A stretch of DNA of 64,000 nucleotides, from the NCBI GenBank assembly GCA_004292675.1, contig RDXO01000017.1:17099-81098 (forward strand), in the 5' to 3' direction. The notes beneath the pieces are model-generated. The model had not been told where the DNA came from. It made no database searches and saw only the letters and a program-made list of their open reading frames with translations. Position numbers and translations under genes: made by a program. The stretch comes from Alphaproteobacteria bacterium (lineage in GTDB: Bacteria; Pseudomonadota; Alphaproteobacteria; Rickettsiales; UBA998). Shown here in pieces: positions 28,882-37,916 of this stretch. Position 1 is the stretch's first letter, and each line of letters begins with the position of its first letter.

Positions 28882-29574
28882 CTATAATGATCTTCCTGCT
28901 TCGCGTGCGCCAGCATCGGGTTTAATCACATTCACCCAAAGACCATCTTCTTTGTTGGTACGCGCACTTCTTTGTGCTTGTTCTGGTTGAGGATGGCTAT
29001 GCTGTTGTTCCTGCGCGAGATCAGGACGTACAGAATGGATAAGATCGGTCGCTTCTTTCACTAATTTAGGACCGTCTTTCCCCATAAATCCTTCTGCTGC
29101 CATATGATCAAGGCTTTGCATTTGTGCTTTGTCCATATGGTGTGGATCAATAACCATGGTATGCATAGGTTGAGCTTCTTTAGCAAACATCGTGTCATCA
29201 CCCATAGTGACAGTGATTTTCTTGGTTTCAGGATCCATAATGACCTTTGGTGCAGGCGCAGTAACTGACGTTTTTTGGGTGTGACTTGCCTCAACATCGC
29301 CATGCACATGTGCCGTAACGACGGCTAGATCAACATCAAGAGTACCCGCTATTTTATCTTTTGTTTTTTCATTCGCAACCACTGTGGCTTGTTGACTTCC
29401 CACAATAACCGCATTATTGGTAATGACTTCGATAATCGGCGCGTTATCCTCTTTATCATAGCTTACATTAATACCAATCACAGGGTTTCCCGCAGTGTCA
29501 AGAGCTTTGGCTATATCAGTAATGATGGCTTCTGTGGTAGGAATGGTATGGTGTGGCAACTTCTGAGTAGTCAT
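28882..29574 (-). CDS. Orphan hypothetical protein
   Basis: GAGG RBS; ends GLWVNVIKPDAGAREAGRSL. Confidence 0.75.
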   Translation of the reverse strand: MTTQKLPHHTIPTTEAIITDIAKALDTAGNPVIGINVSYDKEDNAPIIEVITNNAVIVGSQQATVVANEKTKDKIAGTLDVDLAVVTAHVHGDVEASHTQKTSVTAPAPKVIMDPETKKITVTMGDDTMFAKEAQPMHTMVIDPHHMDKAQMQSLDHMAAEGFMGKDGPKLVKEATDLIHSVRPDLAQEQQHSHPQPEQAQRSARTNKEDGLWVNVIKPDAGAREAGRSL

Positions 29575-29598
29575 GGCTATCTTCCTCGTGATTCGTTA

Positions 29599-29838
29599 TT
29601 ATGCACGTTTTGAAAGTTGGGGTTGCAATTCAAAGGCGAAAAAAATCACCTCAGCGAATTTTGGAGAAAAAAGTTTGTTCAACACCATGCGCTTAATCGA
29701 TTCCTTAAACGCACGACGATTTTCATCATTCAATCCAATATTCACAGTGATGGCCGATAAACCGCCATCTGCAACAGGATTGCTGCATAAAACTAAATTG
29801 TCACCAATGGCTTGTATATAATGATTCGGGTCAAACAT
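29599..29838 (-). CDS. Small hypothetical protein
   Basis: 79-aa ORF ending 24 nt upstream of the next ORF on the same strand. Confidence 0.5.
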   Translation of the reverse strand: MFDPNHYIQAIGDNLVLCSNPVADGGLSAITVNIGLNDENRRAFKESIKRMVLNKLFSPKFAEVIFFAFELQPQLSKRA

Positions 29839-29989
29839 TTTTTTCTCTTGTGTGTATCATATAGTGTGTAGCGAACGAACGCAAGCACGAATGGACGGAA
29901 TTTATGAAATTTATCACACCTCGTTAATAAACTTTTCCGCATTATGCTTTATCATAGATCGTTTGATAATCTATACATACACCAGAATC

Positions 29990-30007
29990 ATGACAGTTTG
30001 ATGACAT
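29990..30007 (-). promoter_or_regulatory. Pho-box-like repeat ATGTCAT-CAAA-CTGTCAT
   Basis: Near-consensus PhoB box oriented toward the 29838/29574 orphans; TATGTA follows after 10 nt. Confidence 0.65.
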
Positions 30008-30031
30008 AGCACTGCAATTTTACAATTACCT

Positions 30032-30075
30032 AACTACCCCACAGGAAGATGCGCACCATCATATGTGGGGTAGTT
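30032..30075. terminator. Hairpin downstream of 30090..30698
   Basis: 12-bp inverted repeat AACTACCCCACA/TGTGGGGTAGTT. Confidence 0.5.
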
Positions 30076-30089
30076 CATGGTTCTATGCG

Positions 30090-30698
30090 TTAATCAACTT
30101 CAATGCGCACACCATTTGTTCCGCTATCGCGTGGTGCATCGGGTGAAATAGTAAAGCGTACTGCTTTATTCACCGTTCCCTTGGCATTCAGTGCAAGGGC
30201 AACGCTGGTGCGTTCATTCGCCAATGTACAATGTGCGATATAATTTCCTTTTGGAATGTTTACCAGCAAAATAGGTCCTTCGGTTACGGTGCTTAGCACT
30301 TCATTATTGTGCTTATCCATAATCGTCACCATCACGCCAGAAACATATGCTCCGCCTTGTCCCGTGAAAACCATTTTTAAGGGATAGCGTGATTGCATTT
30401 GTTGGATGGTAGCGCGACTTTCTTCGCCGACACCCCCTGAGAGTACAAGCGGCAATGTTGCCATAGGTTCTGTTGCGGTGCTTGGATCGGCTGCAGAAAC
30501 TGTTGCTTCATGATGATGCGGGGCAGGAGCGAAAGCAGGGGGCGTTGCTAGAGCTGTACCAACTGAGGGTATATATGGCGCATTGGGTTGTAATTGTTGA
30601 TATTGCTCATCCAATGTGATGGCATGAGATGGCGCAGTAGAACACACGCACGCGACACAAAGGCTTGCAATAAGGAAGCGTGAAGATAGATAAGGCAT
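30090..30698 (-). CDS. Exported protein, carboxypeptidase regulatory-like (beta-sandwich) domain
   Basis: AGGAG RBS, signal peptide, SGGVG.E.R, YPLKMVF...GAY..GV.V.I, GP.LLV.IP.G.Y. Confidence 0.7.
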   Translation of the reverse strand: MPYLSSRFLIASLCVACVCSTAPSHAITLDEQYQQLQPNAPYIPSVGTALATPPAFAPAPHHHEATVSAADPSTATEPMATLPLVLSGGVGEESRATIQQMQSRYPLKMVFTGQGGAYVSGVMVTIMDKHNNEVLSTVTEGPILLVNIPKGNYIAHCTLANERTSVALALNAKGTVNKAVRFTISPDAPRDSGTNGVRIEVD

Positions 30699-30832
30699 CG
30701 TAATATTCTCCTATAATATAATGAAGGCAGACTATACGACATGATGAACGCGATTGCGAGAAAAGATTTTATCCTTGCCGAGTGATAGCGATGCTTGACC
30801 TTTGCGATTGATGATGATACGACACAGTGCAT

Positions 30833-31924
30833 ATGAAAAACGACACGCTTTTTGCCTCGATTGAGGAAATTATTGATGATGCCCGTCAGGGGCGTATGTG
30901 CATTTTAGTGGATGATGAGGATCGTGAAAATGAAGGCGATCTTGTGATTCCTGCTGAATTTGCAGATGCAGCGGTGATTAACTTCATGGCGAAATATGGG
31001 CGTGGCTTGATTTGCTTGCCGCTTGCATCGGAAGATATTCATCGCTTAGGTTTGCCGCCCATGGCGCGGCATAATGCATCACGGCACGAAACGGCATTTA
31101 CTGTATCCATTGAAGCGCGTGAAGGGATCAGTACGGGTATTTCCGCAGCCGATCGCGCCCGTACCATTGCCGTGGCGATTGATCCGCACGCGCAAGCGAA
31201 AGATATTGTGTCACCGGGGCATGTATTTCCACTTCATGCACGTGATGGGGGAGTGCTGGTGCGTGCAGGGCATACGGAAGCAGCGGTAGATATTGCCCGT
31301 CTTGCAGGGTTACGCCCCGCTGGGGTGATTTGTGAAATCATGAAGGATGATGGCGAAATGGCGCGTCTGCCTGATTTGATTCCCTTTGCGCAGGAGCATG
31401 GGTTGAAAATTGCTAGCATTGCGGATTTAATAGCCTATCGTCGTCGCGCCGAGAAATTGGTGGAACGCCGTCATACCATGCCATTTTCGAGCGAGTTTGG
31501 CGGGGATATGACCTTGCATCTTTATACGACCACCATTGAATATGCCGAACATATTGCCTTGGTGAAAGGGGATGTGGCATCGCATCCCGAGCCGTGGGTG
31601 CGGATGCATACACTGGATATATTAAGTGATGTGTTGGGGGATAAGGATTCCTTGCGTGCCAAGGATGTTGCCCATGCGTTGCAGCGTATCTCAAGCGTTG
31701 AAGCGGGTGTGCTGGTGCTGCTCCGCCCGGCGCGTGCTACCGCTCTTTCGGAGCGATTACGGGTACAGGATCGCCGCGAAAAAGATTTACGCGAATATGG
31801 CATTGGCGCGCAAATCTTGAAAGATTTAGGCATCACTCATATGCGCCTTATCACCAATCATCCCAAGCAAGTTGTGGGGCTGGATGGCTACGGGCTTACG
31901 ATTGTTGGATATGAGTCGCTGTAA
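30833..31924 (+). CDS. ribB: 3,4-dihydroxy-2-butanone-4-phosphate synthase with degenerate GTP cyclohydrolase II-like domain (RibBX type)
   Basis: [31 protein letters not shown]; C-terminal domain lacks the Zn-binding Cys residues. Confidence 0.92.
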   Translation: MKNDTLFASIEEIIDDARQGRMCILVDDEDRENEGDLVIPAEFADAAVINFMAKYGRGLICLPLASEDIHRLGLPPMARHNASRHETAFTVSIEAREGISTGISAADRARTIAVAIDPHAQAKDIVSPGHVFPLHARDGGVLVRAGHTEAAVDIARLAGLRPAGVICEIMKDDGEMARLPDLIPFAQEHGLKIASIADLIAYRRRAEKLVERRHTMPFSSEFGGDMTLHLYTTTIEYAEHIALVKGDVASHPEPWVRMHTLDILSDVLGDKDSLRAKDVAHALQRISSVEAGVLVLLRPARATALSERLRVQDRREKDLREYGIGAQILKDLGITHMRLITNHPKQVVGLDGYGLTIVGYESL

Positions 31925-32107
31925 GCATTTTTCCGCTTGACATAATAATGCCAAAAGTGCTATTTTTGCATCTTACCTTCTCATTTTGATTTTTCACTGT
32001 GAGCTATATTGTCACATTCGTGTGTCAGTCTTTTTTTTTGCTACCAGAGTACTTCTTTAATGAGAAGGTGATTCTTGTCGTCTATATTCCTTCGGGAGTT
32101 TTTAATC

Positions 32108-32935
32108 ATGAGTTCTATGATGGATCCGACAACACTTCTGTTTCATTTGATCGATCATCAACTGAAAGAAGAAAGTTTGCAACTTTCGCGTGAACAACTG
32201 GCTATTTCAAAGCAGCAACTCACCCTTGCCTATCAACGCATGGGAATGGATGCTGAAAAGTTGCGACTCTACCAAGAGCGCAATGCGATGGAATGGGAGC
32301 GTTTTGAACAACAGCAATCATCCTACGTCTACGACTTGTTCAAAGTCTATGATGATGAGAAGCGCGCTTTTACTTTGCGTTATTTTACGGAAGAAAAAGC
32401 ATTTACCTATCTGATGGTATGGTTGGTCACAAGCCGAACCTTGCCATGCTCTGTGGAACAAGTGCCTTTGTTGATGCTCCTCCCCGCTGCGCAAAAACGT
32501 GCCTTGGTGGAAGCGTATCTTGACAATTCTTTGCATCAAGCTATCCCTCACGCCGTGCAGCTTGCATTGGAAGGGGAAGCGAAACGCAAGGAACAGGCAT
32601 TGCCCGTTGAAAACAAGGCTAACGATGACTGGGAACGCCATGTGAAAAAATTCACACGGCAACACAGGTTTGCCGCTCGCTATCAGGGAACACAGCGCAC
32701 GCTTTGGGGTGGGATTCGTCAGGTCATGCTAATTTATTTTATACCTGCAAGTGCAAACGTGGTTCCTCCTGAAGATTGCTGGTATCAGTATGAATCGGAG
32801 TTTGGGTACGGATGGCATCGTCGTATCGACGCTAGTGATAGGACAAAATATGTACTTGCTTATCCTCCCAAAAACCAAAATCCTAAGGGAGGACGAGCGT
32901 GGTTTGATTTTGACGAGCTTATAATCACTAATTGA
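32108..32935 (+). CDS. Orphan hypothetical protein with N-terminal coiled coil
   Basis: GGAG at about 32095 before ATG 32108; ORF track start 32075. Confidence 0.65.
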   Translation: MSSMMDPTTLLFHLIDHQLKEESLQLSREQLAISKQQLTLAYQRMGMDAEKLRLYQERNAMEWERFEQQQSSYVYDLFKVYDDEKRAFTLRYFTEEKAFTYLMVWLVTSRTLPCSVEQVPLLMLLPAAQKRALVEAYLDNSLHQAIPHAVQLALEGEAKRKEQALPVENKANDDWERHVKKFTRQHRFAARYQGTQRTLWGGIRQVMLIYFIPASANVVPPEDCWYQYESEFGYGWHRRIDASDRTKYVLAYPPKNQNPKGGRAWFDFDELIITN

Positions 32936-32975
32936 CACTAAGCACGTGATTTTTTTGTTGGGATTCATTCCTATG

Positions 32976-33017
32976 TAACCCGTTCTCCTTGTTCATCAAG
33001 GAAACGGGTTATTTTTT
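32976..33017 (+). terminator. Intrinsic terminator
   Basis: TAACCCGTT-CTCCTTG/CAAGGA-AACGGGTTA followed by TTTTTT. Confidence 0.75.
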
Positions 33018-33030
33018 GTTTCATACTCTT

Positions 33031-33104
33031 GTCATTCTTGGCGTAAGGCAGGAATCCAGTAACAATAGTAGTTTATGGATACCCGCTTGATCTAAGGGTA
33101 TGAC
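33031..33104. repeat. Inverted REP-like doublet (GTCATTC...GGAATCCA / TGGATACCC...GGGTATGAC)
   Basis: Degenerate GTCAT-hairpin-ATCCA unit and its inverse; second unit matches 26012-26037. Confidence 0.7.
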
Positions 33105-33156
33105 GCATGAAGATATGGTTGCAGAGAGTTTGATAGAACGTAAAAAAAACGCTCTA

Positions 33157-33190
33157 TCGTCATCATAATGTAACAATCCTATGTGATAGT
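33157..33190 (+). promoter_or_regulatory. Pho-box-like repeat TCGTCAT-CATA-ATGTAAC, 10 nt spacer, -10-like GATAGT
   Basis: Box 33157-33174, hexamer 33185-33190, GAGGT RBS, ATG 33229. Confidence 0.6.
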
Positions 33191-33228
33191 GAGAATACAA
33201 AAGAACATTCTAGGTGTCGAGGTAGTGC

Positions 33229-35325
33229 ATGAGTAAAAAAACAGATGGACTGTACCAATTTAGTGGTGATTCCCCGATTGCGGAAATTTATTTCCGTCAG
33301 CGTGAAGGGGGCGTGGTGCAGGCGTTCATGAAGCCGAAAGCAGGTGCGACATCACTAGAAGTTGGTGACTTGCCCGTACAGTTGGCAAAAAAAGGCATTG
33401 GCGGAGCATATGCCGATGTGCGCGAAGGCGAAAACGTCCTTTCCCTGCCTCCGATGAAAGATGAAAGCCAGCTTATTGGCGTATTGCAAGAGATGGGCAT
33501 GGTGCGTGGTGCTGTGCAGCGTCAGGATGTGGCGCGTGAAGATTTGGCGAAACAAAGTGCGTGGGATGAATTCCGTAGCCGTACTATTGAGCTTTCAGGC
33601 TATGCTGCTATTCCCGGTTATGCCGCGATTTTCGCTGATGGTCTGTGGGCAAGCAAAGTTAGAGATCCATACCTTGCCGTCACGGCGGCAGGGGTGGTTA
33701 AGCCACTCACTATGTTGCGTTATGGTTCAGGTGATAAAAATGCGGAGATTAATCATGTCATTGAAGGCTTGGATAATCATTTTTATGCATCGGGCAATCC
33801 ACTGCCTATGCGTGATGATGTGTCCCCTGAGCGCAATACATTAGAGAAAGTCGATGATTTTATCCGCAAGAACTCCGTGACGATTGCTTATACCGTAGGT
33901 TCGGCAGCGGCAGCAGCAGGTATGTATTCTGCGGTGAATCAGAAGAAAGGTGTCTTTGAATCAGAGAAAGATGCAGAAGGTAAACCAATTAAGGTGTTCA
34001 AATATCATGATACGGATAAAGACGGAAAACCTTATCCTAAGTTCGATAAACAGGGAAATAAATTTCCTGATAGTTTGAAAGATCCAATTTATAATAGCAG
34101 AGATAAAACCCATGAATACACTGAAAAGCCTTTAGAAGTCAATGGTCGTTATAAACTTGCAAAAAATCCTGATGGTAGCGATAAGTTCACACCTGAACCC
34201 ATCAACTGGGAACGTCTTATCTTAAACACCACCACATTCGTAGGGAACGGACTGGTTGCGATTCTGCCTGCAAAGGAAGAAAATCCTGATGTCGCACGCA
34301 AAAAACGCCATGATGAAGCAGAAAAAGAACCTGTGGAAGTGGTGAGTATTGAGAATGTTGGCAACATGATCAAAGGCTTCGGTGAATTTGTTGGCACAAA
34401 GACCATGCAATTTAATGGTTTGTTCAATTTCTCGGACATTCTGTGCTGGGCGCGTGAAACAATGAAGGAAGCGCATAAGCTGAGCAAAGGTGACTTAGAA
34501 GGAAATGAACAAGCACGCCCTTGGTTGATCGGGATCACCACTGCATCGCTTGGTGCATCCATCATCCTTGAGATGCTTTCTTCTAAAAACTTGTCGCAAG
34601 AAGAAAAACTTGCGCAATTTGATAAAATCTATGCAACCTGTGCGCAATCGCTTCTGCAAATGCCAGAAGAAAAACGTGCGGGGACAATGCAGGAAATGGC
34701 AACGTATCTTGCCGCGCAAGATTCCCTCTATGTTGCAGGTGTCACATCGGATATGGTCAAAGGTCATATTGAAGAACGCCTCAGCATTATGGAACACAGC
34801 CCATGGGTGCGCACATTCTCGCGTGCATCTGATAAGGCGGACAATTTAACCCTAACTTCATCTAACACAACATCCAAGGAGAATATTATGACTGAAGCTG
34901 CAACCGTGGCTACCCATGAAACAAATGCACATGTTGCACCTGTTGCACATCATGAAACACCAGTGCATACTACGCCTGCTGCACCTGTTGCGGAGCATAA
35001 GCCTGTTGAACATGCTGCACCTGTTGCGGAGCATGAAGCACCAGTGCATACTACGTCTGCTGCACCTGTAGCGCATCATGAAGCACCAGTGCATACTACG
35101 CCTGCTGCACCTGTAGCGCATCATGAAGCACCAGTGCATACTACGCCTGTTGAACATGCTGCACCTGTTGCGGAGCATAAGCCTGCTGAACTCACGCATC
35201 AGGAAAAAGTAACGCATTTAGAGAATTCTTTGGCACATCCTGCAGTGCCGGGAACATCATCTCTTGATTCAGTTCACCCTGTAGGTAAGGTTGCGGAAGC
35301 CTCTCTTCAAAGAGCGGTATCATAA
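33229..35325 (+). CDS. Orphan multi-hydrophobic-segment protein with His/Pro/Ala-rich C-terminal repeats
   Basis: 698-aa ORF with GAGGT RBS; internal AAGGAG and in-frame ATG at 34888. Confidence 0.8.
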   Translation: MSKKTDGLYQFSGDSPIAEIYFRQREGGVVQAFMKPKAGATSLEVGDLPVQLAKKGIGGAYADVREGENVLSLPPMKDESQLIGVLQEMGMVRGAVQRQDVAREDLAKQSAWDEFRSRTIELSGYAAIPGYAAIFADGLWASKVRDPYLAVTAAGVVKPLTMLRYGSGDKNAEINHVIEGLDNHFYASGNPLPMRDDVSPERNTLEKVDDFIRKNSVTIAYTVGSAAAAAGMYSAVNQKKGVFESEKDAEGKPIKVFKYHDTDKDGKPYPKFDKQGNKFPDSLKDPIYNSRDKTHEYTEKPLEVNGRYKLAKNPDGSDKFTPEPINWERLILNTTTFVGNGLVAILPAKEENPDVARKKRHDEAEKEPVEVVSIENVGNMIKGFGEFVGTKTMQFNGLFNFSDILCWARETMKEAHKLSKGDLEGNEQARPWLIGITTASLGASIILEMLSSKNLSQEEKLAQFDKIYATCAQSLLQMPEEKRAGTMQEMATYLAAQDSLYVAGVTSDMVKGHIEERLSIMEHSPWVRTFSRASDKADNLTLTSSNTTSKENIMTEAATVATHETNAHVAPVAHHETPVHTTPAAPVAEHKPVEHAAPVAEHEAPVHTTSAAPVAHHEAPVHTTPAAPVAHHEAPVHTTPVEHAAPVAEHKPAELTHQEKVTHLENSLAHPAVPGTSSLDSVHPVGKVAEASLQRAVS
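34936..35190 (+). repeat. Coding imperfect tandem repeat, 6 units beginning GCACCTGT (APVAHHEAPVHTTPA / APVAEHKPVEHA)
   Basis: Mostly 45-bp units with shorter and longer variants, visible in DNA and protein. Confidence 0.92.
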
Positions 35326-35350
35326 TCATTTGGCGTGCATATAGAGTACG

Positions 35351-35392
35351 TTTCAGTAGGTTTGTTCTTTTTTAAGAGCAAACCTACTGAAA
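35351..35392. terminator. Long hairpin between convergent genes
   Basis: 14-bp perfect arms TTTCAGTAGGTTTG/CAAACCTACTGAAA. Confidence 0.7.
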
Positions 35393-35500
35393 ATTCGTGG
35401 TACGATTTTCTATGGGATTTTCTATGGTTAGTGCGCGAACTTACGATAGATGCGCTTAATATACACGTAACTGTAACTAACCTATCGTGACGCGGTATAG

Positions 35501-36724
35501 TTACACTTCTTTTTCGTGCATAAGTGTTGCTAGGCGCGTGCGAATAGCATCCATAAATTGACGTGTTGTTTGGTGTGGATGATCAGCACGTATCAATAGG
35601 GCGAGGTCTTTGGTCATAAGCCCTGATTGTACTGTATCAATGCACGCTTGTTCCAAGAGTTCAGTGAATTGCATTAACAGTGTATTGCCGTCAAATTCGG
35701 CACGGTAATGTAAGCCACGCGTCCACGCAAAAATGCTCGCAATGGGGTTTGTCGATGTCTCTTTGCCTTGTTGATGTTGGCGATAATGGCGTGTGACTGT
35801 TCCGTGCGCCGCTTCGGTTTCTACCGTTGCACCATCGGGCGTGATCAGTACGGAAGTCATGAGTCCGAGAGAGCCAAAGCCTTGTGCGACTACATCGGAT
35901 TGCACATCACCATCATAATTTTTACACGCCCAAACAAAACCGCCATCGGATTTTATGGTCATCGCTACCATATCATCAATCAAGCGATGTTCGTAAAATA
36001 GATTTTTGCTTTCAAAGGCAGGGCGATAATGCGCCTCAAAGACATCATGAAATATGCGCAAAAATGCACCGTCATAATGTTTGAGAATGGTGTTTTTGGT
36101 TGAAAGATAGAGTGGCATAGAGCGCGCTAAGGCATAACGGCAGCACGCATGAGCAAATCCTTCAATCGAGGAATCGACATTATACATAGACATAGCAACG
36201 CCCGCGCCCTCAAAATCATAGACATGATGATGCATCGGTTCACCCGCTTCTGGGGTGAAAGTGAGGGTAAGCGTGCCTTTACTAGGAATAGGGAAATCCG
36301 TAGCGCGATATTGATCACCAAAAGCATGACGACCAACAATAATCGGCTTTGTCCAGCCTTGCACATAACGCGGAATAGCAGGAATAACAATCGGTTCACG
36401 GAAGATAGTGCCACCGAGGATATTGCGAATCGTGCCGTTGGGAGATTTCCACATTTGTTTTAAGTTGAACTCCGCAACACGCGCTTCATCAGGGGTAATC
36501 GTCGCGCATTTGATGCCAACACCGTAGCGTTTTGTGGCTTCGGCAGCTTCAATGGTGATGCGATCATCCGTGGCATCGCGGTTTTGGATGGATAGATCAA
36601 ACGAAACAAGTTGGATGTTCAGATAAGGAAGAATCAGCTCTTCTTTAATCCAATCCCAAATGATGCGCGTCATTTCATCGCCATTCATCTCAACAACAGG
36701 GGTAGTGACATTAATTTTCTGCAT
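35501..36724 (-). CDS. icd: NADP-dependent isocitrate dehydrogenase
   Basis: [50 protein letters not shown]; start ATG 36724 after AAGGA. Confidence 0.97.
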   Translation of the reverse strand: MQKINVTTPVVEMNGDEMTRIIWDWIKEELILPYLNIQLVSFDLSIQNRDATDDRITIEAAEATKRYGVGIKCATITPDEARVAEFNLKQMWKSPNGTIRNILGGTIFREPIVIPAIPRYVQGWTKPIIVGRHAFGDQYRATDFPIPSKGTLTLTFTPEAGEPMHHHVYDFEGAGVAMSMYNVDSSIEGFAHACCRYALARSMPLYLSTKNTILKHYDGAFLRIFHDVFEAHYRPAFESKNLFYEHRLIDDMVAMTIKSDGGFVWACKNYDGDVQSDVVAQGFGSLGLMTSVLITPDGATVETEAAHGTVTRHYRQHQQGKETSTNPIASIFAWTRGLHYRAEFDGNTLLMQFTELLEQACIDTVQSGLMTKDLALLIRADHPHQTTRQFMDAIRTRLATLMHEKEV

Positions 36725-36817
36725 CGATTCAAATCCTTGGAGTAACCATTGGCACATAATGCGCATCTAAACTGAGGTTACGGTACATGATTGATTGCGC
36801 ATTGTAAAGCTAAACCA

Positions 36818-37837
36818 CTATTTTGTTTTTTGTGGAGTAGGTGTTGGAGCGGAAGGTGTGGATAAGGGTGGCTGATTTGCCGTGACGCTAACGCCTTGAG
36901 TTGGTTGTACAGTCTCTTGCGGATCAAGAATGTAATAGGTGCTTCCTTTTTTGAGTCCTAGACGAGCTGCTTGTTGTTTGAATTTTTCTACATCTTCATC
37001 ACGCACCACAGGGCAACCTTGTGATCCTTTGGGGCGTGATGCATCTTCGTTTGCAAAGAGGAAATCATTATGCGCTCCAATATAATCACGTTCTTTTTTC
37101 CCATCATCATATTCAAGAAAGAATTTGAAATTCATGGGTTGCCCGTCAATAATTTCTGTTGAGGCGGTATCATGATATTGGGTGATGGTGCGTTTTGCAT
37201 GTATGCCATCGCCCACCTTTCCGCTTGAATCGGTTAATAATCCCGGTAGGGGCGCGTTGCGTGCAGATTCTACCGCATCACTATTGGCAAAATTGGGTAC
37301 ATCAACCTTTTTGCTTCCGCCAGAAATGAAAGGGATAAGTTCTTGTTTTCCATCTTTTTCAAAGACATGGAATCCCATCGCATAGGGATGACCATCGGCA
37401 TGTTGCCCCGCTTTGATGGTGACCATGGCATACACACCCTTTGCACCTGCTTCTTGTTTGATGGCATCAGGGATTTTAATGCGCCCTTGGTAATCCGCAG
37501 GGTTTAGCCATTGTGTATCATTATCTTTTGTTTGATAGGATAAGGTTTGCACGGGAGCGGGTGCAGGTGCAGCTTGAGGCGCAGGAGCAGGCGGAACATA
37601 ATTGACAGGTACGGTTCGTGGTTGCACAACAGGAGGAGGGGGTGTTGTTGTCGGTGTGACGGCTGGGGCAGGAGCAGCTTGCGCTTGTTGCCCTCCGAAT
37701 AATCCGCCAAACATTGATCCTATATTGGGTAGGATGGATGCCATAAATTGTTGTATCTGGGGAAAAAAATTGCCGATCATCGACATAATCTTGCTGAAGA
37801 ACCCCATAATAGGGTTTTGTGGTGTATTATTATCCAT
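36818..37837 (-). CDS. Orphan protein with L,D-transpeptidase (YkuD)-like catalytic motif
   Basis: AAGGA RBS; H-X15-S-Q-G-C (IGAHNDFLFANEDASRPKGSQGCPVV); amphipathic N-terminus, Pro-rich linker and tail. Confidence 0.7.
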   Translation of the reverse strand: MDNNTPQNPIMGFFSKIMSMIGNFFPQIQQFMASILPNIGSMFGGLFGGQQAQAAPAPAVTPTTTPPPPVVQPRTVPVNYVPPAPAPQAAPAPAPVQTLSYQTKDNDTQWLNPADYQGRIKIPDAIKQEAGAKGVYAMVTIKAGQHADGHPYAMGFHVFEKDGKQELIPFISGGSKKVDVPNFANSDAVESARNAPLPGLLTDSSGKVGDGIHAKRTITQYHDTASTEIIDGQPMNFKFFLEYDDGKKERDYIGAHNDFLFANEDASRPKGSQGCPVVRDEDVEKFKQQAARLGLKKGSTYYILDPQETVQPTQGVSVTANQPPLSTPSAPTPTPQKTK

Positions 37838-37873
37838 CGGGAAATAGTCCTTGAGTAAAAATCGTATTTATTG

Positions 37874-37907
37874 AGTATAGATGATTTATATTACCGTATT
37901 ATTACAA
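37874..37907 (-). promoter_or_regulatory. Pho-box-like repeat TTGTAAT-AATA-CGGTAAT, 10 nt spacer, -10 TATACT
   Basis: Box 37907-37890, hexamer 37879-37874, ATG 37837. Confidence 0.6.
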
Positions 37908-37916
37908 CGCAACCAC

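Noticed and set aside
30032-30075. AACTACCCC hairpin as an IS200/IS605 end
   Set aside because: No tnpA/tnpB/iscB nearby; position fits a simple terminator.
31430-31924. GTP cyclohydrolase II domain lacking Zn-binding cysteines
   Set aside because: Known RibBX architecture, widespread in proteobacteria; not novel.
35404-35427. 12-bp tandem GATTTTCTATGG x2 (and 11-bp TATATTCAATA x2 at 6284-6305)
   Set aside because: Two-copy micro-duplications in intergenic DNA, compatible with slippage; no supporting context.
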